DNA of 64,000 bases, from positions 1-64,000 of IMG/VR virus record IMGVR_UViG_2706794521_000001; one strand, 5' to 3'. Position 1 is the stretch's first letter. Every line of letters starts with the position of its first letter. This document shows, piece after piece, positions 46,188-54,795 of the stretch. The notes under the pieces are model-generated. The model did not search any database. It was not told the origin of the DNA and saw only the letters and a program-made list of their open reading frames with translations. A program made the translations under genes and the position numbers. This stretch comes from an uncultured virus (IMG/VR IMGVR_UViG_2706794521_000001). Lineage: Duplodnaviria; Heunggongvirae; Uroviricota; Caudoviricetes.

Positions 46188-46475
46188 TCATCGCCGGACC
46201 ACCGGGATCTTGCGGCCCTTGCGAAAAATCGCGCCGAACAGGCTCTCAGCTTTCGATCGAGCGGACGTGCGTTCCATGCCAGTGCCGACGATGTCGCCGC
46301 ACAGGTGCGCCTTCAGCGCGCGCCAGGCTGCCACCTCGGCTTGGTCTTCAGTGTCGTATACCCGAGGCGTGCCGCCTTCGCAGACCTTCTCCCAGCCGGC
46401 CTTGTGGACCTTCCGGAATTCGCCATGGTAGCCGCCATAGACGGGAACGGAGCGGGCGTTGACCTCGTTCGTCAC
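46188..46475 (-). CDS. hypothetical phage protein
   Basis: 95 aa, coupled in operon. Confidence 0.6.
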   Translation of the reverse strand: MTNEVNARSVPVYGGYHGEFRKVHKAGWEKVCEGGTPRVYDTEDQAEVAAWRALKAHLCGDIVGTGMERTSARSKAESLFGAIFRKGRKIPVVRR

Positions 46476-46954
46476 GACGGCTCCATCGTTTCGGCATTCA
46501 GGGTGCGGATGACATTGGCGGCGGCGACCTTGGTCAGCACGCCCTTGATGTCCTTCGCCGTCGGGTCGCCGGCGAGAATGCGATCGCAGTCGAGGTCGGC
46601 CTCGGCGAGGGTGAAGGTGAGCAGGGTTTTGCTGTCGATCGCCGCTCGGCGGGCGTCGCGCTTCGTCGACACGATCGACCAGTTGCCGGCACCGTCGCAG
46701 CGAACGGACCGCTCAACACTGGCGTCGCGCGCGTCATCAAGCGCATAGATCACGGGGGTGACCGGCGGCGCCGGCCGATGAGCGATGTTGCCAGTTTCAA
46801 CGATTTCGAATCCGAGATGGCGGCCGTAGCGCATGAGGGCGTCGGCACTCCTACGCCACTCCTCCTGGTCGCATTGGTCCCAGCCGAAGCGCGTGCGGCC
46901 GATGCGGGACTCGCGCATGGCCTCGGCGACGCGGTCTCTAAGGGTAAGCGTCAT
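46472..46954 (-). CDS. hypothetical phage protein
   Basis: ATGA-coupled. Confidence 0.6.
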   Translation of the reverse strand: MTLTLRDRVAEAMRESRIGRTRFGWDQCDQEEWRRSADALMRYGRHLGFEIVETGNIAHRPAPPVTPVIYALDDARDASVERSVRCDGAGNWSIVSTKRDARRAAIDSKTLLTFTLAEADLDCDRILAGDPTAKDIKGVLTKVAAANVIRTLNAETMEPS

Positions 46955-47559
46955 GCCAGCACCGCCTCGGCGCGGAGCCAGTCGAATTGGGTGCCATAGA
47001 ACGGTGCGGTCTGATCCCAGACCATCCACACCCAGTCCGCAGTGCCGCCGTCCGCCTCGCCGCCAGCGAGTAGGAATTCACCGGGCGGGCAGGATGGGCG
47101 AGGAGAGATCGACCAGACGCGATTGGGCGGGAACTCGGCGTACAAGCCCTTCGCCCGGCCGGCGCTGGCGAGAAACTTGATGTCGGCGAATGCGATCACC
47201 TTCCCGGTCGCGACAGTCAGCGCCTTCCGGATGAAGGCCTCGGCGCCCTTCGCACGGAAGAATGGGGGGTTCATGCAGATATTTGGCTGCGAGATCGCGC
47301 CCACCTCCCGGAAATCCGCAGTTCCGAGAAACCATGGCGTGCCTTCTGGAACACGCTGGACGATGTCGGTGCCGACCGCTTGTACGCCGGCGGCGAGCAG
47401 GCCTTTCACAATGTTGCCTTGTCCGCAGCATGGGTCCAGAACCGGGCCAACAAAGCGCTCGACCTTTACAAGCGCTCGGGTGACGAACTCTTCTTCAACA
47501 TACCAGTCGAGCGCGTCACGCTGCCAAACGTGCGCGACCTTCTCCTTCGTTTCACTCAC
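46951..47559 (-). CDS. orphan N6/N4-type DNA methyltransferase
   Basis: DWYVE, VLDPCCGQGNI, NICMNPPF, DWVWMVWD. Confidence 0.85.
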   Translation of the reverse strand: MSETKEKVAHVWQRDALDWYVEEEFVTRALVKVERFVGPVLDPCCGQGNIVKGLLAAGVQAVGTDIVQRVPEGTPWFLGTADFREVGAISQPNICMNPPFFRAKGAEAFIRKALTVATGKVIAFADIKFLASAGRAKGLYAEFPPNRVWSISPRPSCPPGEFLLAGGEADGGTADWVWMVWDQTAPFYGTQFDWLRAEAVLA

Positions 47560-48320
47560 CCGACGGCCCTCACGCGCGCGTCGGACAGCGCCGGAACGAA
47601 GCCTTCCGGGATGAATTGGTAGCCGCGGCCCCACTCCGTCTGGATGATATCAATCCCGCCAAGCGGGGCATGAAGCTTGCGGCGAATTTTGCATACCAGG
47701 ACGTCGATGATCTTGATCTGGGGTTCGTCCCGGCCGCTGTAGAGGAAATTCATCACCATCTCTTTGGAGACGATCGAGCCTTGGCGCAGCGTCAGCAATT
47801 CGAGAACGCTCGCCTCTGTCTGCGTGAGCAGAACGGTGCCGCCAGGATGCGTGACCGTCCCGCGGACTGCGTCGAACACGGCCTCACATGGCAGTTTCAC
47901 CAGCCGTTCGACGGATGGTCCGCGATCGCGCCGCGCCAGCGCCGCCAGGCGGGCGACGAACTCGACTTTGTCGATCGGCGCCGGCTGTACGTCGTCTGCG
48001 CCGTGTAGGAGGATCCCGACGCGCCGGATGACCTCTTCACCGATTGTCCTCGGATTGGCGACCGGAACCAGCAGGAAGAAGAGGATGTTCTTGACGGCTG
48101 CCTGCCGCCAGTTGCGGCAAATTACGCTCGCGATGCCGGCCGAGTCCGTCCAGATGACGCCAATGGCCTGCGGGTCGCGGTAGAGCGCCGAGCAAAGATC
48201 CTGCGGCTCGAGGATCGCTTCGGCCTCGAAACCGCCGTCGGCCGCGTAATCGGCAAGCATCTCGACGATATCGGCATCGAGCGCTGGGTTTTTGCTGGTC
48301 GCCAGGATCAGGACGCGCAT
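47556..48320 (-). CDS. CtrA-like OmpR regulator with degenerate receiver domain
   Basis: LELLTLRQGSIVSKEMVMNFLYSGRDEPQIKIIDVLVCKIRRKL...IQTEWGRGY closely follows the CtrA winged HTH; HGADD and EFVARL linker retained. Confidence 0.85.
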   Translation of the reverse strand: MRVLILATSKNPALDADIVEMLADYAADGGFEAEAILEPQDLCSALYRDPQAIGVIWTDSAGIASVICRNWRQAAVKNILFFLLVPVANPRTIGEEVIRRVGILLHGADDVQPAPIDKVEFVARLAALARRDRGPSVERLVKLPCEAVFDAVRGTVTHPGGTVLLTQTEASVLELLTLRQGSIVSKEMVMNFLYSGRDEPQIKIIDVLVCKIRRKLHAPLGGIDIIQTEWGRGYQFIPEGFVPALSDARVRAVG

Positions 48321-48685
48321 CAGAAGCTCCTCGGCGGAGCGAACAGGCAGATGGTCTTCCCGTCATTGGCACCGGCAACCGAACACCAATGGAAGCGACC
48401 GTCGGGCGACTGCTTGACCTTTGGGTCCGTCATCGGGATCACCTCTCCGGTGATGACGATGTGGTAGCCATCTGAGCTCTCGGTGATCCAATCGTCCGGG
48501 ACCTCTCGACAGTCGTAGCCCGAGCAGCATGAGAACGGGTAAGACCAGCCGGTCGGCGCATCGTGGGAACTGGCAGCCCCGCACATGACGAAGATGACCA
48601 CGGCGATGGCCGCAAGCAGCAGGGCGATCGAGGTCGCCAGGCTCATGGAATGGTAGCCGCGCATGCGGCCATGGTGCGGGCGCAT
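48320..48685 (-). CDS. secreted Cys-rich protein (rhizobial type)
   Basis: TM/signal then HDAPTGWSYPFSCCSGYDC...SPDGRFHWC...ICLFAPP. Confidence 0.75.
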   Translation of the reverse strand: MRPHHGRMRGYHSMSLATSIALLLAAIAVVIFVMCGAASSHDAPTGWSYPFSCCSGYDCREVPDDWITESSDGYHIVITGEVIPMTDPKVKQSPDGRFHWCSVAGANDGKTICLFAPPRSF

Positions 48686-49284
48686 CAAAACCTCTCCGAG
48701 AGTTGGGATTGGGCGGCCGCGCGCTTGCGCTGCTCGGCCTTGACGAACAGGTCGTCGATCGGCTGCGCGAGCCGGGGGCAAAGCACCGCGCCAGCGTAGT
48801 GCCAGCCGGCGAGGGCGTCAGTGCGGTCGTGGGAAAGGTCCTCGTCGTCCGCCGAGATCCAGCCGAGCGCCAGGCACTTGCGCCAGACCTGCGGCTTGGC
48901 GATCTCGCCCTTGGAATTCTTGCCGATGAAGTGCGTGCGGATCTTCGAAACGCGGGCGACCGACACCCGATACATCTGTAGCCCGAAGGCCATGCCCTGG
49001 ATGGCGAATGGCAGGCCCATGAGGATTTCCTGCGTCGCCAGCGATGTCTTACCGTTCACGAGCGTCGCCGGCAGTGGTGCCTCGATCACGACCTCGTCGG
49101 GCCTATAGGTCTGTATCTGGTCGGCGATGAAGCGCATGGCGCCCCACGCGATCGCGCCTTGCGAAGCGCCTTCGGAAGCGAAATGGGCGCTCCCGGACTC
49201 TGGTTGCTCACCTGGTCGGCCGCGCGCCCAACCAAACCGGCTGGCAGCGTCGATGAAGAGGATTTTTGGTGGTGCGTCGCTCAT
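48685..49284 (-). CDS. RuvC-like Holliday junction resolvase
   Basis: ILFIDAASRFGWA, PDEVVIEAP, HDRTDALA. Confidence 0.8.
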   Translation of the reverse strand: MSDAPPKILFIDAASRFGWARGRPGEQPESGSAHFASEGASQGAIAWGAMRFIADQIQTYRPDEVVIEAPLPATLVNGKTSLATQEILMGLPFAIQGMAFGLQMYRVSVARVSKIRTHFIGKNSKGEIAKPQVWRKCLALGWISADDEDLSHDRTDALAGWHYAGAVLCPRLAQPIDDLFVKAEQRKRAAAQSQLSERF

Positions 49285-49502
49285 GTCGGCCGGCCTCGGA
49301 GGAGGGCGCCCGCTGCTTTCCCGGGCTGGTCAGAAGGTTGCCTGTCGTTGTTTGGTCGGCAGCTACCTACAAGCCGTCACTCCATCTGGTCGGGGCGACC
49401 AGGGCCAAGCCCGGTCAGGCGCTGCACGTTGACGTTTCTCGGCTTTGCCAGCAGCATCCATGGCGTCGTTCAAACCGCCGCCCCTATCCGCTTGCGCGGA
49501 AT

Positions 49503-49961
49503 TCAGTGAGCGGCCGGAGCCGCTTTTCCTTTGCCCTTGCTCTTCGGGTCCGCGTTGTCCCACGCCTTGGTGGCGGCATCGACGATGGCCGCGGTCGTAC
49601 CGTCCTGGCCGTCCGCAGCGACAGCAGCGGCGCCGAGCGGCAGGTCGGCGTAATCGCCGAGCGCTGTGCGGATATCGATCGCCAGCTTCCTGTCGTCGTC
49701 CTCGAGCTCGAGGAGCTTCGCCTTGGCCTTGCCCTCGAGGGCTCGAGCATCGACGATGGTCTTGACGACTTTCTTCGGAATGCCCTGCGACTTGGCGTCA
49801 TCGAGCACTTCCTTTTGCTCGTCGCGGATCTTCTTCGCGTCGGACATGAATTTCGAGCGGAGGGTCTGGAACCGCTCCTCATGCTCCTCGTACTTGTCGA
49901 CGAACGAGCCGGCTTCTTCAGCGGACGCACGATTGCGCCCCTGTTCAAGTATTCGCGCCAT
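49503..49961 (-). CDS. GapR/DUF2312-like nucleoid protein
   Basis: IRDEQKEVLDDAKSQGIPKKVVKTIV.AR...ALGDYADLPLG. Confidence 0.65.
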   Translation of the reverse strand: MARILEQGRNRASAEEAGSFVDKYEEHEERFQTLRSKFMSDAKKIRDEQKEVLDDAKSQGIPKKVVKTIVDARALEGKAKAKLLELEDDDRKLAIDIRTALGDYADLPLGAAAVAADGQDGTTAAIVDAATKAWDNADPKSKGKGKAAPAAH

Positions 49962-50505
49962 GGCGCTTCTCCTTCAGGGATGAGGCTGGTTGGTAGGCGA
50001 TGCGATGGTGAACTCGGCAATAGGTGCCGTCAGCGTGGCGGCCGCAGTAGATCGGATCGCGCCCATAGAGCCCGTTGACCGGCCAGCGGCATCGACCGCC
50101 TTGCAGACCCATGAGATCCACGGGAGGGGTGTCGGCCAGCGGCAGGAAATAGGAATCGCGGTCTACAAAGGTCGGGATGACAGCCGGAACGGATGTCCTC
50201 GGCGCCACCGGTTTTTGGCTGAGCACGATCTGCTCGACGCCGGCAATCAGCTTGCGGCGTGGGGCGCGACGAGGCTTGTCGGCCGGTGGCTTCGGTGCCT
50301 GCGGTGCGCGTGGGTTGGAAGAGCCCTTCCGACGCGCCAGCGTGAGCTTGAGCCGGTGGATGCGGCCGATGACGGAGTTCCTAGATATCCCGGAAAGCGC
50401 TGCGATCTGGGAGGAACTCTTTCCGGCCGCGACGAGGCGCTTCAGCGCTTCGTCCCGCTCCGGTGTCCAGCGTGGGTGGAATGGGCGTGATGGTCCGCGT
50501 CTCAC
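49945..50505 (-). CDS. GcrA-family cell-cycle regulator
   Basis: WTPERDEALKRL..GKSSSQIA...ISRNSVIGRIHRL; CRWP...YCG...YCRVHHRIAYQP. Confidence 0.92.
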   Translation of the reverse strand: MRRGPSRPFHPRWTPERDEALKRLVAAGKSSSQIAALSGISRNSVIGRIHRLKLTLARRKGSSNPRAPQAPKPPADKPRRAPRRKLIAGVEQIVLSQKPVAPRTSVPAVIPTFVDRDSYFLPLADTPPVDLMGLQGGRCRWPVNGLYGRDPIYCGRHADGTYCRVHHRIAYQPASSLKEKRHGANT

Positions 50506-51029
50506 TGTCCGGCTCCAATCGAAGCTCGGGCGTCAGCCATGCCGCGAACCTGGCCGCTCGATCGCGCATCATGATCGCCCGGAACATCAACTGGTCTGCT
50601 CGCGATGCGCGCCAGCGCTTCCACCTGGTCGCGAGAGAGCGACGCACCTTCAGCGGCAAGGGCCGCAGCCAGACGGTTGGTTGTGGCAATGAAGTCTCTG
50701 TGGTCACGTTTGGCCTCCTCGATGGCCTTGAGTTCGCGGAGGGCAACCATGTGGTCGTAATCGACACGGCGCGCCTCGGCGTAGAACCATGTCTTCACGC
50801 GGTTCCAGGAAAGATCCTTGATCGCCAACTCAAATTTCGGGTCGACGAGCTTGGTGTGAACTGCACTGATCTGCTGCTGCCATCCACCGCTTGGTGCCAG
50901 CATCCTGCCGAGTTCCCTCGTCAGATTTTGTACGGCGGTGACGCTAGTCATGAGCGCACCCCGTCGCCTTCGCTCGGAATAAAATTCCGAGTTCTTGGAA
51001 GGCTTTTCCGAGAGATTGGAATCGAACAT
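50502..51029 (-). CDS. CII-position hypothetical DNA-binding protein
   Basis: LSWNRVKTWFYAEARRVD; GGAG RBS; downstream of cro. Confidence 0.6.
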   Translation of the reverse strand: MFDSNLSEKPSKNSEFYSERRRRGALMTSVTAVQNLTRELGRMLAPSGGWQQQISAVHTKLVDPKFELAIKDLSWNRVKTWFYAEARRVDYDHMVALRELKAIEEAKRDHRDFIATTNRLAAALAAEGASLSRDQVEALARIASRPVDVPGDHDARSSGQVRGMADARASIGAGQ

Positions 51030-51287
51030 CGCTATCTCCATTTCCAGCGACGGAAACGAACGGAGACAGCGATGAACAAGCGAACGAAGAAGGGAGGGGG
51101 GCCGGCCCCAGGGCAGACCGGCCCACCATGGCCGGCTCAGCCCACGATCGGGCGACGAGCCGGCCAGCGCAGATTTGGGAGATCTGCGCCACAAGAATTC
51201 GATGGCAATAAAGCGAGAAACCGAGCGCACCCTGATAAACAGGGCTGGCCTTGATGGGCGCGAACGGTGACAGCGTGAGCATTTTCG

Positions 51288-51506
51288 TCAGCCCGCCGTC
51301 TCGCTGGCGGTAGAGAGATCAGCTTTCGCGAAGATGTCGGGCCGAAGTTCCTCCGGCGAGATGCCGGTAAAGCGGGAGATATCACCCAGGCGCTCCGCGG
51401 GGACCTTCTTCCACTGCGATATCGCACCGGGGAAGATTCCGAGCGCAGCCGCCAGTTTGTTACGGCGTCCGCGTTCTTCGTCGAGATAGGCCAGCAGCTT
51501 TTCCAT
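51288..51506 (-). CDS. Cro-like (YdaS-family) protein
   Basis: KLAAALGIFPGAISQWKKVPAER...TGISPEELRPDIF. Confidence 0.9.
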   Translation of the reverse strand: MEKLLAYLDEERGRRNKLAAALGIFPGAISQWKKVPAERLGDISRFTGISPEELRPDIFAKADLSTASETAG

Positions 51507-51512
51507 GCCGCC

Positions 51513-51563
51513 AACATAAGTCCCACTGAAATTAAGTCAAGCTGATTTTGTCAGTAGGGCCGA
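51513..51563. promoter_or_regulatory. PR-like promoter (TTGACT-N16-TATGTT, minus strand) with three operator-like sites
   Basis: TAAGTCCCACTGA 51517-51529, TAAGTCAAGCTGA 51533-51545, TCAGTAGGGCCGA 51551-51563. Confidence 0.7.
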
Positions 51564-51599
51564 ATGGAGTGGATCTGGCCGATGCGCGATAATTTCAGC

Positions 51600-52037
51600 A
51601 TGGCAGCAAATCCCGCAAACCAAGCGCAAACGACTTACTTTTTTCGTGAGTGGCGGAAGCACCGTGGCCTCACCCAGGAGGAGCTTGCGGATAAGGTTGG
51701 GCTTAGAGCGCCCTCGATATCTCAGCTTGAGAACGGGAAACAGGGCTTCACTGACTCAACTTTGGCCGCAATTGCTAAGGCGCTGGACTGCCGGCCTGGC
51801 GATCTTCTCTTGTGGGGGCCTGACAAGGTCGAGCCCTTAACTGCGCCGATCCGCGACGATCAGGAAATCTTGGCGGTACTCAAGCGTATCGAGGGGCTTT
51901 CAGCCAGAGATATCGATGTGGCTTTCGCTGTGATTTCGAATGCCTTGAACGTTAACAAGGCCGGATCAGAACAAGCTGGTGCTGATGGTCGATCTCAATT
52001 CGCCAGTCCCCGCCGTGAATCGTCGCCATCGCGGTAG
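51600..52037 (+). CDS. Xre-family prophage repressor, no S24 peptidase domain
   Basis: FFREWRKHRGLTQEELADKVG..SISQLENGKQG; divergent from cro. Confidence 0.88.
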   Translation: MAANPANQAQTTYFFREWRKHRGLTQEELADKVGLRAPSISQLENGKQGFTDSTLAAIAKALDCRPGDLLLWGPDKVEPLTAPIRDDQEILAVLKRIEGLSARDIDVAFAVISNALNVNKAGSEQAGADGRSQFASPRRESSPSR

Positions 52038-52152
52038 CGATTGACGCTGCATCCCGTTCGATTCGCGTTGCCGGATCCAGCGGCCAGATACCAGACGCTA
52101 TTGCACGCAACCTCTGCAGTGTTTCATCGCTCCGCGTTTTCTCACGCGGCAT
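51952..52152 (-). CDS. 66-aa protein convergent with and overlapping the repressor
   Basis: SIATAMATIHGGDWRIEIDH; TTGACA on the minus strand at 52221-52226. Confidence 0.55.
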   Translation of the reverse strand: MPREKTRSDETLQRLRAIASGIWPLDPATRIERDAASIATAMATIHGGDWRIEIDHQHQLVLIRPC

Positions 52153-52409
52153 GTAATGGATCATTTCTGGATTCCCGAGCCCCGAGGGACGCCGCAAATA
52201 GGAACAATTTCCTTCCCTTCTGTCAATACCCGCCTGCACGTAGGTGGTGTGCCGTTTTGATACGTTTGTACGAATACAACCATTTATGAGCGCTCACCAA
52301 ATTGTTTCGACTTGTAATGGTGGTCTGTGGATATCGGGGATAAGCGGACCCACATTTCGGAATTCTGGGACGATTTCGAGGGCTTAATGTTTCCGCCATA
52401 AGTCGGGGC

Positions 52410-52673
52410 ATGCCCAAGCCGAAGACTCACGAGTTCAAGATACGGATCTCGCCAGACCTCATGGCGATCATCGACGGTGCCCGGGGCAAGAGGAGCAAGA
52501 ACAACCAGATCAATGCCTGGCTGTGGAGTAAAGCGAGAGGAGATCACGCCGATCAGCTCGCCGACGCCCTGCGTCCGGTTCTAGCCTCACTGAGCGAGGA
52601 GGACCGAGGTATGTTCGTCGCGCGCGCCATATCCGCTTTGGAAATCCTCTCCCGGGCTGGAAAACGCAAATAG
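52410..52673 (+). CDS. Arc/RHH-like DNA-binding protein
   Basis: FKIRISPDL...RSKNNQINAWL. Confidence 0.7.
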   Translation: MPKPKTHEFKIRISPDLMAIIDGARGKRSKNNQINAWLWSKARGDHADQLADALRPVLASLSEEDRGMFVARAISALEILSRAGKRK

Positions 52674-52738
52674 GCATGGCCCGCTTGCACCCTCTCGCGT
52701 GGCGCGCAATGCTCCTTCACCCCTAGGAGGACTGGGAC

Positions 52739-53056
52739 ATGCGACGCATATGGGCTGGGATCGTCGTGGCGGCGCTGGCACTGCCCGCCGTCGCTGCTGA
52801 ACCTCAAACGATCGCGACCGAAGGCTTCGGCTGCCTTGCCTTGCGCGATTTTGAGCGCGCGGTCCAGTTTGCCGACCAGGACGATGCCGAGGCCTTCAAG
52901 AAGTTCGTCGAGCAGAAAGGTGAGACCGGCGACTGCCGTTCTCTCCACAAAGGCCAGAGTGTCTTCCTCGAGAACACGTCTGGTAGCGGCAGGATTTGTG
53001 TCAGGCCAAAGGGCGATATTGAATGCCTGTGGACAGGCAGCACAATCGTCGAGTGA
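52739..53056 (+). CDS. secreted hypothetical protein
   Basis: Signal peptide ending AVA, 4 Cys, AGGAGG RBS. Confidence 0.7.
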   Translation: MRRIWAGIVVAALALPAVAAEPQTIATEGFGCLALRDFERAVQFADQDDAEAFKKFVEQKGETGDCRSLHKGQSVFLENTSGSGRICVRPKGDIECLWTGSTIVE

Positions 53057-53350
53057 TTTTCCCGGATATAGCACGCGCGAGCGCGTCAGCGCGTTCGCGC
53101 GGAGGACAGATATAACTCTCCAACAACATAGCTCTACGTTGGTGGTTACACTCTACGTTCAACATTGAGCTCGACCCTGCACCATACGTGACGAGCGCCG
53201 ACCGTCGAGACGGGGCGCTGTCAGCACCCCTCATGTAGCGCCCTACGTTCCAGACTCGGGTATCCGCGCGCGAGCGTAGGAATTGCTCTGGCCGGTGTGA
53301 CTCGCGGGGAGCCTCTTTGCGCCCATCATCCCCCGGGGATCAAAATAAAT

Positions 53351-53401
53351 TCAGTGTCACTTACTTTTCACCTTGACTTACTTTTCAGTCCCACTTAGGT
53401 T
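53351..53401 (+). promoter_or_regulatory. PL-like promoter TTGACT-N17-TAGGTT overlapped by three operators at 17-bp spacing
   Basis: TCAGTGTCACTTA 53351, TCACCTTGACTTA 53368, TCAGTCCCACTTA 53385. Confidence 0.75.
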
Positions 53402-53426
53402 CCACATCACACCAGATGAGGAATCG

Positions 53427-53600
53427 ATGCCAGCTTCTCCAACTCCTCGACCAGGACAGCCGACCGACAGGGAGACGGCCAAAGCCGTCGTCTCGAAATG
53501 GATGGCCGGTCAGGAATTGACACCGGCTGAGGAAGCGCTTCTGCTCCGCCTTCGCGCCGTCAACATGGCGCAGCAGCTCGCCTCGACGGTGCGGGCATGA
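53427..53600 (+). CDS. small hypothetical protein
   Basis: GAGGA RBS; first gene after the PL-like promoter. Confidence 0.55.
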   Translation: MPASPTPRPGQPTDRETAKAVVSKWMAGQELTPAEEALLLRLRAVNMAQQLASTVRA

Positions 53601-53845
53601 GCACTTTCACCCAGCCGATCGATTGGGACGGCAACGCCAACGGCTTCGTCTACATCGTCGACTCGAGCGGCCGAAAGATCGGCACATGCTGGGGTCCGCA
53701 GGCCGAGCGCATCGCGAACGCCAAGCTCTGGACGGCGTCGCCGGACATGTTGGAGGTCCTGGAAGCGATCCTATCGCACATTCCTCCATCGGAGCGCATT
53801 GCCGCTGACAACGTCGTGCAGTTCGCGCGGATGGGACGGCCATGA
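53597..53845 (+). CDS. hypothetical phage protein
   Basis: ANAKLWTASPDMLEVL motif. Confidence 0.7.
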   Translation: MSTFTQPIDWDGNANGFVYIVDSSGRKIGTCWGPQAERIANAKLWTASPDMLEVLEAILSHIPPSERIAADNVVQFARMGRP

Positions 53846-54795
53846 CCGTCCAGATCCTCTACCCATCCGATCGCGAGCAATGGCTAAAGTTCCGCCAGCA
53901 GGACGTGACCGCTTCGGTCGCCGCAGCGGTTCTTGGCGCGCATCCATACACCACGCCCTATGGCCTTTGGGCCGAGAAGACAGGACGCGTGTCTGGCGAC
54001 GTCGACGAGACAGAGGCCATGGAGCGGGGCAACCTGCTCGAGCCGGTTGCGGTCGCAATGGTCAACAAGCGGGAGCCCGATTGGAGGGTCTTCTACGCGA
54101 ACGACCGAGCCTATTATCGCGACCCTGATCTGCGCATCGGGGCCACGCCTGACGCGTTCGTCGAGATCCCCGGCCGACCAGGTCGCGGCAACATGCAGAT
54201 CAAGACCGCGTCCGAGGCTGCCTTCCGCGAGTTCTGGCAAGATCCGGACATAGGCGACATCGTCCCGCCGACGTGGATCGCCGTCCAGGCGATCACTGAG
54301 GCCAAGCTGACTGGCTGCGACTACGCCATGCTGGCGGTCGTCGTCGTCACCTGGCGCGGCAATCTTCGGCTCCACCTTGTCGACATCCCGCTGCATGCGA
54401 AGCTTTGGCAACGGCTTACTGCAGCCGTCGCGGAATTCTGGGCGATGGTCAACTCCGGTGCTGAACCGGACATTGACTGGAAACGCGATGGCGCTGCCGT
54501 GCTCGAAGTCTACAGCAACTCGTTCCTCGATCGACGCGACCTCTCAGCCGAGCACGACCTCGATATTCTCGTCGGCAAATACAAGTCGCTGAAAGAGGCC
54601 GAGGCACAAGCGAAACGCGAGGCCGACGTTCTCAAACCTCAGATCATCTACGCGCTCGGCAATTCCGAAGCCGGCTTCACCGCCGGCTGGGACATCACCG
54701 CGCGCACCCAGGAAAGGGCGGCGTACGAGGTAAGGCCCTCGTCCATGCGGCCGCTGCGGATCAAGCCAAGAAAGCAGAACAATGCCAATTTCTGA
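53842..54795 (+). CDS. YqaJ-like exonuclease
   Basis: REQWLKFRQQDVTAS, ERGNLLEP, GATPD, QIKT. Confidence 0.9.
   Translation: MTVQILYPSDREQWLKFRQQDVTASVAAAVLGAHPYTTPYGLWAEKTGRVSGDVDETEAMERGNLLEPVAVAMVNKREPDWRVFYANDRAYYRDPDLRIGATPDAFVEIPGRPGRGNMQIKTASEAAFREFWQDPDIGDIVPPTWIAVQAITEAKLTGCDYAMLAVVVVTWRGNLRLHLVDIPLHAKLWQRLTAAVAEFWAMVNSGAEPDIDWKRDGAAVLEVYSNSFLDRRDLSAEHDLDILVGKYKSLKEAEAQAKREADVLKPQIIYALGNSEAGFTAGWDITARTQERAAYEVRPSSMRPLRIKPRKQNNANF

Noticed and set aside
37130..47559. Restriction-modification system from the two MTases
   Set aside because: No adjacent restriction endonuclease or specificity subunit; both look orphan.
49303..49485. tmRNA or tRNA
   Set aside because: No TTCRA T-loop, no CCA end and no tag reading frame; kept only as a generic ncRNA candidate.
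52195..52215. LexA box before the 66-aa antisense gene
   Set aside because: Only one GTTC half-site is present; the second half does not match.
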